Source: the human T2T-CHM13v2.0 reference genome, Homo sapiens. From it: a DNA stretch of 64,000 nucleotides. Below are positions 52,344 to 64,000 of the stretch, in pieces (within the stretch, counting starts at the first letter, position 1; the number at the start of each line of letters is the position of its first letter). The notes beneath the pieces are model-generated. The model ran no database searches. It saw only the letters and a program-made list of their open reading frames with translations, and was not told where the DNA came from. Made by a program: the position numbers and the translations under genes. The stretch is taken from assembly GCF_009914755.1 (NCBI RefSeq), contig NC_060931.1, one strand, 5' to 3'.

Positions 52344-53541
52344 TCAAATTCACTTTCTTTTATTGATGGACACTAATGACTTTGTAACTTATATAACTTG
52401 CTCTTTTTTTTTTTTCCATTACAGCAGTAGCTGAGATGATACAAAAAATCAGCATAGCCTCAAGTGATGACTTTAGTAATTGTTTCCTGCTGGAAGGGAT
52501 TTGGCCTTAAAATATATAGGCTAAATATCCAAATTCTGTCATCATAAGAAAATGTCCCCCACCCATCCTGACCCAGCACTTGCCATGGAATGTGTTTGCT
52601 CCCACCCTCAGCACAGTGGGTATTATTGGCTGACAAACCAGGGGAGAAATGTTCTCAAAAAGAGACCCTGGCTCTCCATTTCTTTAGGCAGGTTCTTGTG
52701 TCATTGCTTCTTTTTGGAAACAGAGCTCCCACTGACATCAAAAAGAATCTTTCTCAAAGTGCCTGGAAACCAGAGGGCAGGCAGCGGCAGAGATTCAGCC
52801 CCTGATGCATTCACTGGAGATCAAATTGGATTAAATGCCCCCTTCTAAGCAAACCCGCAAAATTGCCCAACACAAGGTCTTTCATGCATTAGACCTCGAA
52901 CGAAGGGCAAGCCTCAAAGCCTGGCCTAGTTCTAAATTTAGATAAGTAATTTTACCCAAGAATGTAACCGTGTAGTGACTATTTCTGCTTTTCCTCCTCT
53001 TTGAATGCCCGAGTGGGGAGGATAGGTCTACATTGATGCCTTGACAATTTTGAGGAGGTATCACGTGGATATTTCTCGGTGAAAAGAGCAAAAGTAATAG
53101 GAGACCAGCTTAAAATGTCAAGTCACATTATTGGCAGACACCTGAGGTGATCTTTGCAGCTTTCCTCTGCTCTTAATTCAAGCAACATTACATGTGCTAT
53201 GACAACAGTGAGCAGTCTGGAACAGACTGTTTGATCTCCGGGAACTGGCTGCTCTGGGGACAACCTCAATGCTTCTTCATGTATTTTCACCTCCTTAAAG
53301 AGGAGCTTATTATTTGGGGGACAGTTTATATACTCTAAGGGCTATGGCAGTGGAGATGGGGTGCAAGGCTGAGAATCTGGGTATGACTGATTTTAAGTTG
53401 AATTAATATATGAATATTTCATAGACACACACACACACATGCACACTAAGGATGCATGTCCAATTAAACATCCGGTGTCTCTGCTTTGTAATAGAATTCT
53501 CTCAACTCATCCTGACTATCTGATGTGGAAAAGAAGTTCTT

Positions 53542-53827
53542 GGCTGGGGGCAATGGCGCACGTCTGTCATTGCAGCATTTTGGGAGGCCAAGGTGGGAGG
53601 ATCACTTGAGCCCAGGAGTTTGAGGCTAGCCTGGGCAACTTAGCAAGACCTCCATCTACCCAAAAGTGAAAAAAAGAGTTAGTCCTGGCATGGTGGTGCA
53701 TGCCTATAGTCCCATCTACTTGGGAGGCTGAGGTGGGAGGATCACTTAAACCCAGGAGTTTGAGGTTGCAGTGAGCTAGGATTGTGCCACTGCATTCCAG
53801 CCTGGGTGACATAGTGAGACCCTGTCT
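53542..53827 (+). mobile_element. AluJ
   Basis: Dimer, J diagnostics. Confidence 0.9.
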
Positions 53828-53988
53828 CAAAAAATAAAAAAATAGAAAAGAAGAAAGCAAGCGAGAGAGAGGGAGGAGAAGGACAGAGGGAGGGAAGGAG
53901 GGAGGGAGGGAAGGAGGGAGAGAGAGAAAGAAGAAAGAATAAAAGAAAGAAAGAAAGAGAGAGAGAGAGAAAGAAAAAGAAAGAAAGA
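53828..53988. repeat. Polypurine (GGGA/GAAA/GA)n tract from the Alu tail
   Basis: ~160 bp almost entirely purine. Confidence 0.9.
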
Positions 53989-54182
53989 CCAATTGGCAAT
54001 TCTATATATATTCATTTAACAGAAAAGTAAGACAAAACTAATGATTAGGCTACAGATTCAGTATGTTTAGGACTCAGGGGGAAGAAGAAAGAGTCTGTTT
54101 ATCCTGCTCTGGAATTAAAAGCTCTCCTAAAAGGGTGAAGCCAAGGAATTAAGCGGCTGCTTTAGGAGAGGTTAGTGTTTCT

Positions 54183-54484
<302 letters not shown>

Positions 54485-55723
54485 GAAGCTCTTGTTTCTG
54501 CCATGGTTAACAGTGTAACCACTGGAGATGCAGATGTCTAAATGAAGATTTTTCAGAACCATCCGCACACTCTAGAGGCAAATCTTGGACTTACCTGTCT
54601 CTCTTATAACCTGAAGAGTGGGGCGTGGGGTTTGGATTGAATTGCCTAGTAATTCTGTCGTGAACGGCACTGTGTTTTTCTCCCTTGAACACATTACTGA
54701 TGGTAACAAGGGAGCTATTTTCAATCAAGGCATGCTACAACGAAAAAGACTTCTCCTAACATTGTGATCCCTTCCTCTGAAATCCATTTCAGATTGGCGG
54801 ATAAAATGTGATTATATTTACACTTCCCTGACACAATTCAGGCAGCAAAATAACAGCCTGTCGGAGACATTTTTCTTCTTCATATTTAGATCTGTCAGTG
54901 TAGTGCTCAGGGAACGGGGAGGGGTGGCGGAGGCAGCTGGGGCTGCTGATATGCTTTTGTTGGCTCACAAATAGAGATATTCTGTGTACTGTAGGGCTCA
55001 CTATCTCCTTCTCATCTCAGAGTTCCTTGAATGCCGTCTTGAATGGTTTTCAGAGCGATGATTCAGTATGCTAATCAATAGTACTCTATGCAAACAGAAT
55101 TTCTCATTTTTGCCTTGACACAGCCCATACATTATTTCAGTGTAATCCTTTAATTGCTTCATACTCATTAGTGAATGTACAATGTATAACTCGTTAGTAT
55201 CTGTGGAAGTCACAGTTGCCATTTGTGTTAAAAATCCAGATTGCAAGGCTAATATGGAGGATGGGGCAGGGTTGAGGCAACACAGGATTGCAGAGAAAGA
55301 GCCCGGGATGGAGTGAGGAATTCTGGTTCCAGTTTTCAGCCCATAAGGGATTCGCCAAATCTGAATGTAGGCAACTCATCCAACTTCTCTGAGCCTAGGC
55401 GTCCTCATTTATTAAATGAGTGGGTTGGTTTAGGGACCGTCAAGTTTCTATGTGTGTGTGATAGCTCTGCCTGTACTCCTCGGGGAGATAATATCAAACT
55501 TCTATTCAAGTTTCTATGTACAATTACAAGTTCCACTCTCAGTAAAGGATGTATTGTACATTCTATTTCAACGAGACTAGAAAGATCATAAGAATCTCAT
55601 GTACATCACCTTGAAATCTTCCTAAGCAATCAGTGTTTCTAACCAAATATAACACTGGACCCCAGAAAAGAAGAGGACACTACTCTTTAACAGGTCTTCT
55701 CTGAGCTCTTGATATACAGGGAA

Positions 55724-56769
55724 TGTCGTGGCCCAGGAATAAAACATGTGTTATCCCAGTTGCTGGGATGCTACCAACAGATACTCTCTATGGGAACTAC
55801 CTTAGCAGCAGAGAGACACCTCACCCCAGGCCACACCCAATTCCTGGAACAGCCTACATCCCATGACTGATGGATGTCAGGATGTAAAGGCTAGGTCCTC
55901 TCACCCTAATATGGGCTAGCTGTAGAGGGTCATTCCATCTTGAGAACTCCCCAAAGGGTTGGCTGAAGCTTCTGTTGAGACTTCAGCATGGCTCAACGTC
56001 TCCCTCTGCTCAACATTGCTTCTTTCCCTTCCTTTCCACTGGTGTTGGTCACAATGAAGCGGTGTTGTTGTGTGGGGTAAATACCTGAGGTTCGTCAACT
56101 CACACCAAGGAAATTGGGGATGCAGACACATAAGAAGTGAGTTTAGGAGCAGAGGTTTAATAGGCAAAAGGAAAAGAAAGAAGAATAGCTCTCTCTCCTA
56201 TGAGAGGGGCGCCTGAGTGGGACTTCCGGCTTTGTGGTGAAGTTCATCTGATTTTATAGACAGGCTTGAGGAGGTGGTATCTGATTTACATAGGGCCCAA
56301 AGATTGGTTGGACCAGGTGTAACATTTACATAGCGAGCAAAGAAGCTGGCCACCCCACCCTAATCTTCTATTATGCAAATGGCTTCTCTACCTGGCCGGC
56401 CATGTTGCCTGCTCCTTATTTTACACATGGTTGGCAAAGGAAAGGGAAAATGGAGCCGCCATTTTGAACATGCCTGGTTCCCAGGTAGCCCCTTTCCTAT
56501 TGGCATAACTGCTGGGATTCACTCTTGCAAGCTTCTAGCTTGCCTTTCTGTGTCTGCAGCTCAATTTTACAGGCTGCTCTTTTTAGAAAAGAAAATGATT
56601 TTGAGGGTGCTTTTCATTAAAAGGGAAACCTTACCAAGGACTTCCTTACCCTGCCTACATAATTTCTTCTTAACTCCTATATCAACAAGAGCATTTCCTA
56701 GTCAACTTCTTACATGCTTATCTCCATCTCAGTGTCTGCTTGCCAGGGAGCCCTACCAGCACCATGACA
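55724..56769 (+). mobile_element. LTR16C-like (ERVL) LTR, split by MER50-like LTR
   Basis: gaactccccaaagggttggctgaag..tctccctctgctcaa..tctccatctcagtgtctgctt..tgaca. Confidence 0.75.
56055..56684 (-). mobile_element. MER50-like ERV1 solo LTR, complete
   Basis: TG...CA; TSD ACAA (56051-56054 / 56685-56688). Confidence 0.88.
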
Positions 56770-57259
56770 GAGTGTTTCCTCTAGGAGAGGAAGTTTAAAT
56801 GCCTTTCATTCAGCCATACAGTGTGGACCCTAGACCTGGGTTCAGTACTAAACCTTTGAAAAACAGGAGACATTATAATCAACCTACAGATTGATGGATT
56901 AAATCCAAACTACAGATTTAAAAGATTACATCAATTATTTATTAATTTAAAATATTACGTAAATCCACACTACAGATTTTGCAGATTCTTTGGGAAAACT
57001 GAAAGGTTTCCCAAAACTGAGACAAACCCAACAATCAGCTGAGACTGAGTATCTTCTACCCCTGAGACAGGATGGATCCCTCCTCCCAAACTTACCACAC
57101 TCCTCCTCTCTATCCTAGAGAGGGTGCAAAGCAAAGCTCCCCAGTGCAAAGCTCAGTGCTGACAGCTACTTTTCATTGTATTTGCAGAATTTATTTTATT
57201 TTGGTAAACTCAGAGGAAAATAAAACATTCTTTATTTTTATTAAAAGTGAGGTTGAGGT

Positions 57260-57285
57260 TGATTGCATAAAGAAAGTGTGGTATT

Positions 57286-57318
<33 letters not shown>

Positions 57319-57672
57319 TACCATGGGATACTATGCAGCCATAAAAAAGAATGAAATCATATTCTTTACAAAAACATGGTTGTATCTGGAGGCTATTATC
57401 CTAAGTAAACTAACTCAGAAACAGAAAATTAAATACTGCATGTTCTTGCTTATAGGTGGGGACTAAACAATGGGTGCATGTGAACATAAAGGTGGAAATT
57501 ATAGACTCTGTGGACTCCAAAAGCGGAGGAAGAGGAAGATGGTTAATGGTTGAAAATTACCTATTGGGTACAATGTTCAATATTTGGGTGATGGATAAAC
57601 TAAACGCCCAATCCCCACCATTATACATGCAATACCCATGTAAAAAACAAGCACATGTAGTCTTTTTTTTTT
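57260..57672 (+). mobile_element. L1PB-like 3' end with internal (CA)n
   Basis: ORF 57263-57466 ends YYAAIKKNE; perfect 15-bp TSD aagtgaggttgaggt. Confidence 0.9.
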
Positions 57673-58106
57673 AAGTGAGGTTGAGGTAGGAAGGGGTGGT
57701 GTGTTTTTAGAAAAACAGGGGAGAACATATTTATCTGCGGAAGTAAAAGATACTTCCTTATATAATAGCCCCAGACTTCATTCATTGATTGACATTCCCT
57801 GTGCAGCAATTTTGGGCAGTTGAGTTTCAACACCTCTTCTGGGGCCTTAAGCCATCAGTAGGCCTTCAGCATATTTTCTTCATGTTACAAATCTATGTAC
57901 CTGCCCCAGTAGTAAGAGGAAGGAGGAATAAAGGCAGAGAAGGGAAAGAGAAAGAGGAGAACAAAAACAAGAAATATATTCCTGTGATCTTTATCACCTT
58001 TTAAATACACTCTCCATGTTTTCTAGAATCTTTGGAAGTTCCCACCTTCTCACTCCCTCTCCCAAAGTCTTCAATCACTGCAGTCGTCCTTTGTCAACAT
58101 TATTCT

Positions 58107-58409
58107 GGTCAGGCACTGTGGCTCATGCTTGTAATCCCGGCACTTTGGGAGGTTGAGGTGGGAGGATCACTTGATTCAGGAATTTGAGACCAGCCTGGGC
58201 AACATAGTGAGACTCCTTTTGTGCAAAAAAAAAAAAAAAAAGTTAGCCAGCCATGGTGGAATGTGTCTGTAGTCCTAGCTACTTGGGAGGCTGAAGCAGG
58301 AGGATCTCTTGAGCAAGGGAGGTCAAGGCTGTAGCGAGCCATGATCACACCACTCAACTGCAGCCTGGACCACAAAGCAAGACCCTGTCTCAAACAAAAC
58401 AAAACAATA
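58107..58409 (+). mobile_element. AluJ
   Basis: Dimer, J diagnostics. Confidence 0.92.
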
Positions 58410-58421
58410 ACACACACACAG

Positions 58422-58459
<38 letters not shown>
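58410..58459. repeat. (CA)n microsatellite at Alu tail
   Basis: Direct observation. Confidence 0.95.
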
Positions 58460-58461
<2 letters not shown>

Positions 58462-58508
58462 CATCCTTATACTAAAAGTGCACCAAGAAAAGTTACTACT
58501 GAAGACAA

Positions 58509-59223
58509 TGGTTGGTCAGTTTTAAAACATGGCTGCAAATTCTTAGGTATCCATCTAGTCAAGAGGTGGGCTCTAAGTCCCCTCTCCCTGAATCTTTGAC
58601 CAATAGGTCAAGGGTCTTCAAACTATGGCTTGGGGGTGAAATCTGGCCAGCTCCCTGGTATTTTATGATGTGACCTGAAAATGGTTTTTATATTTTAAAA
58701 TGGTTCTGTTTTAATCAGTCATGTAAGAACCTGCCTAATACCCTTCTTTTTGCCTCTTGTCTCACAAAACTTAATATTTTTACTACCTGGCCTTTTAAGA
58801 AATAGTTTGCCAACCCCTGGAATGGGTTATGACAGGAGTGATGGTGATGCTATAGGACTTCCAATGCTAGGTAGTTTTCTCTGTTTTCAGTGGAATATTT
58901 ACTCTTACAGCCATGGGCCACTAGGTAAGAATCCTGACCACCTTGAGGTGGCCATGTTGTGAGGAAGCCCAAGACACAGAGAGGCCATGCACATGTGTTC
59001 TGGTTAATAGTCTCAGCTAACCTCAATCTCCAGTAGTTCAAGCCCCAGCCATTTGAATTTTCCCATCTTGTGCTCTCTATATTATGGAGCAGAGACAAGC
59101 CATTCATTCTGCGCCCTGTCTAAACACCTGATCCACAGAATCTTTAAGCATAATAAAATGATGGCTGCTTTATTCCACTAAGTTATAGAGTCATTTACTA
59201 GGCAGCAGAAGCTAACTGGAACA
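58509..59223 (+). mobile_element. MLT1 (E/F-like) MaLR LTR, split by MER58C-like element
   Basis: gccatgttgtgaggaagcccaag..ggagcagagacaagcc..gctaactggaaca. Confidence 0.75.
58609..58819. mobile_element. MER58C-like (hAT-Charlie)
   Basis: TIR tttgccaacccctg; TSD caataggt/gaatgggt; 211 bp. Confidence 0.78.
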
Positions 59224-59564
59224 AATATCATATAATTTATTGTTGAAGCCAAGACACTTTGAAAGGGAAGTTGTGAATATAGGAGGACCACAGACATTGC
59301 CTAGGATTCTTTAGGGCAAACCAGATTGTATGATTTCTCTGCCAATGAACCCCAAATTTTTGACCCACTGCGTTCATTTTAGCTCTCACCCTATTTAACT
59401 CTCTGCAGTATTTGAAGTCATTAACCACCTAATCTTGAAGTTCTTTCATACAATGTTTCCTAAGGTATTACTACTTCTTTCTCTTTTTACATTTTTGAGA
59501 ATTCTCTTTCAATATTTTCCTACTGACATTCTTCCTCAGACCACTGAGGACCCCAGGATCCAGG

Positions 59565-60306
59565 CTGTGTTCGATTTTGTCAAACAAGGAGAAGCCAAGA
59601 TGGGATTAGCCATGCAAGAGATGGATTGGGGTAACAGCTGTGAAGGACAAAGCAGGAAAAGCAGGCATTGTCAGAAAGAGCTTTCAGACCATGCTGCTGG
59701 TCTGACATCTGTGCTAAAGTAGGGGGAAGGAAGGGTGATTGAATAGAAAAGGGCTCAGACTGCAAGAAAGTTTTGCCCAGGCCACTGAAAAGCCAAACTC
59801 ACTCATTAAAAGAGTCCCACATCGGCTGGGGACGGTGTCTCACGCCTATCCCAGAACTCTGGGAGACCAAGGTGTGTGGATCACGAGGTCAGGAGATTAA
59901 GATCATCTTGGCCAACATAGTGAAACCTCGTCTTTACTAAAAATACAAAAAATAGCTGGGCATGGTGGTGCGTGCCTGTAAGCCCAGCTGCTAGAGAGGC
60001 TGAGGCAGGAGAATCCCTTGAACCAGGGAGTCACAGATTGCAGTGAGCCGAGATCACGCCTCTGCACTCCAGCCTGGCGACAGAGTGAGACTCCTCTCAA
60101 AAAAAAAAAAAAAAAAAAAGAAGTCCTACATTGTGCAGGAAGGAGTCTGTACTACTTCCCCTACTATCCCCGTTAACTGGATGGGAGCAGCCTGGGTGAA
60201 AAGTGACCTTAGAATGAACATGATGATAGACCCAGAAGCTGGTACTATCAGTTGACTATCTTTCTGGCAGCAGGGATCTAACCAGGGAATTTTGATGGTG
60301 ACCACA
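59565..60306 (-). mobile_element. LTR16-like (ERVL) LTR, split by Alu
   Basis: gagctttcagaccatgctgctggtctgacatctgtg..ggaaggaag motif. Confidence 0.65.
59824..60119 (+). mobile_element. AluSc
   Basis: gatcacgaggtcaggagat, gcctggcgacag; TSD agtcc(c/t)acat. Confidence 0.94.
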
Positions 60307-62110
<1,804 letters not shown>

Positions 62111-62314
62111 CTTATAGTTTAAGCTTCTATATACATTGTAGCATCATTCCTAATCCTTAGCCTAACTGAACAATTTTGGTGGCTGAAGTCTAAATTATTG
62201 AGGGTATCTGCTTTTAGTTATAATGGCCATCTTCTATTAGAGGTATCATCTGACAAGAACAACTATGAATTCTTGACTAAATCGAAAACCAAATAAATTT
62301 TTTAAAAAACTTTG

Positions 62315-62606
62315 GGCCAGGCACAGTGGCTCATGCCTGTAATCCCCGCACTTTGGAATGCAAAGGCGGGCAGATCACCTGAGGTCAGGAGTTAGAGACC
62401 AGCCTGGCCAATATGGTGAAACCCCGTCTCTAGTAATAATATGAAAATTAGCCAGGTGTGGTGGTGGGCACCTGTAATCTCAGCTACTCAGGAGGCTGAG
62501 GCAGGGGAATCGCTTGAACCCGGGAGGCAGAGGTTGCAGTGAGCCGAGATTGCACCAAAGTACTTCAGTCTAGGAGACAGAGTGAGACTCCGTCTGAAAG
62601 AAAAAA
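62315..62606 (+). mobile_element. AluSx-like
   Basis: TSD aaaaaac(t/g)ttg. Confidence 0.94.
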
Positions 62607-62921
62607 AAAAAACGTTGATAGCATCAGACAATTAATGCAACCAAGTATTGAAAAGCCAAATGAGCAGTATTTTTTCTTCCTTAGGGCATTTTCTGAATCC
62701 CAACCTGAAGTCTACAGGACTAGCAGGAAGTAACAGCCCAGAGCTCTTAGAACTATCATGGGAATTGATGAAAATGAGAGTTCAGGGCTTCTGAGACTTC
62801 CATGACTGAGGGGTAAGATCCTGGAGAAAAGGAACTAAAGAGACATTCTATTCCACTCTCCCCCTCATGGACAAAAAGCTGATAAACACAGCATAAAATT
62901 GTGACTAAGGGAAAAAAAATT

Positions 62922-62946
62922 TATATATATATATATATATATATAT
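62922..62946. repeat. (TA)n microsatellite
   Basis: Direct observation. Confidence 0.9.
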
Positions 62947-63099
62947 GCAGTATTTTTAGCAGGCTCATGGTGCCAGGAAAACAAAATTATATTTCAGAAA
63001 GAGCCAAGAAGTTGATGAAGCACTCATAGCCGCATACCAATTCAGACCCAAGCAGGAGTAAGTATAGACCCAAAACAAACAAGCTCATGTAGAAGCTTA

Positions 63100-63975
63100 A
63101 ACCTAACCTCAAATCATTTCACTCCCTGATTGAATAAAGGCATTTATACCTATTAACCAGAGTAATTTTAAATCCTCTACAGAAGAATGGAGCATAATGC
63201 AGAACCTTACAACTTTTTATGCAAAATATCTGGCAATGAAAAAATTATCATGCGTGCCAGGAGACCTGAGAAAGTAAATGACCAAAATCTCAGGAGAAAA
63301 ACTAAAACAGAAGAAAGAAACAGACCTAAAGGTGATGCAGCTATTAAGGCAAAAACTTCAAAATAACTGTGATGATATGTTTGAGAAAATAAATGGCAAG
63401 ATAGAGAATTTCAACAAAATATTAGAATCTATAAAAAAAAACAAAGAGAAATTCTAGGACAAAAATAATAGGAATGGTCAAAATTAAAATTCAATAGATG
63501 GTTTAACAGTATATTAACATAGCAGAGGAAAGGAGTCATATATTGGAAGAGAGCTTAGTAGAAAAACATATAGACTTAAACACGAAGAAAAAGTGCTGAA
63601 AATTACAGAAATGAGGCTGTGGGGCATATGAGACTCGGTAAGCGGTCGTACATACTTAGATTCCTGGAAGGAGAGAAAAGAGAATGGGACAAGTAATGTT
63701 GGAAAAAATAATGGCTGAAAAATTTCTCAAACTAATAAAAGACATCAAGCCACACACACATTCGAAAATCTGTCTGGGTTCCTATCAGGACAAAAACAAA
63801 GGATGCCACATGTAGGCATATCATAATAAAACTCCTGAAAGCTAAAGAAAAACTCAAAAGCAGTCAGAGAAAAAAGACATGTTACCATCAAAGGTACGAA
63901 AAAAAAAAAGCCTAAGAGCTGTTCTTTCAGTAGAAATTATGGATCAAAAACACAAGGAAATGTGCTTTTTAAAAC
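63100..63975 (+). mobile_element. Old L1M 5'/ORF1 region
   Basis: A-rich; similar to ORF1 at 1-830 (aaaataatggctgaaaatttc, aaaagcagtcagagaaaaaaga). Confidence 0.7.
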
Positions 63976-63984
63976 TTATTTCTA

Positions 63985-64000
63985 GGCTGGGTATGGTGGC
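63985..64000 (+). mobile_element. Start of an Alu (truncated by window end)
   Basis: ggctgggtatggtggc. Confidence 0.7.

Overview
This is primate (human-like) nuclear genomic DNA that is almost entirely non-coding and dominated by interspersed repeats. It holds about 46 Alu elements or fragments (J, S and Y types plus FLAM/FRAM monomers), several L1 copies (an about 5.4 kb decayed L1M at the start, L1PA/L1PB/L1MA/L1MB 3' ends, and an old L1M ORF1 region at the end), about 23 LTR elements, five hAT DNA transposons plus one Tigger, MIR/L2 relics, and simple repeats including a 28-bp AT-rich minisatellite. The LTRs include a complete HERV-W LTR17 solo LTR, a MER41, three MER50-like copies, MER4-group, MER51, MaLR, and LTR16 with an ERVL internal remnant. 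I can support no protein-coding gene, RNA gene or CRISPR array. The supplied ORFs are Alu-, L1-, LTR- or microsatellite-derived, or chance. I found no convincing new biological system. The most interesting signals are: (1) an LTR orientation switch at about 41.7 kb; (2) several template-switch or snap-back scars (palindromes and short templated duplications); (3) a quasi-palindromic VNTR; (4) candidate regulatory LTRs (a MER41 GAS site and the LTR17 promoter); (5) unusual retrotransposition events (a triplicated target site, a T-tailed L1, four-level nesting). Repeat subfamily names are from my recollection of consensus sequences and need RepeatMasker/Dfam confirmation. Boundaries of old elements are approximate.
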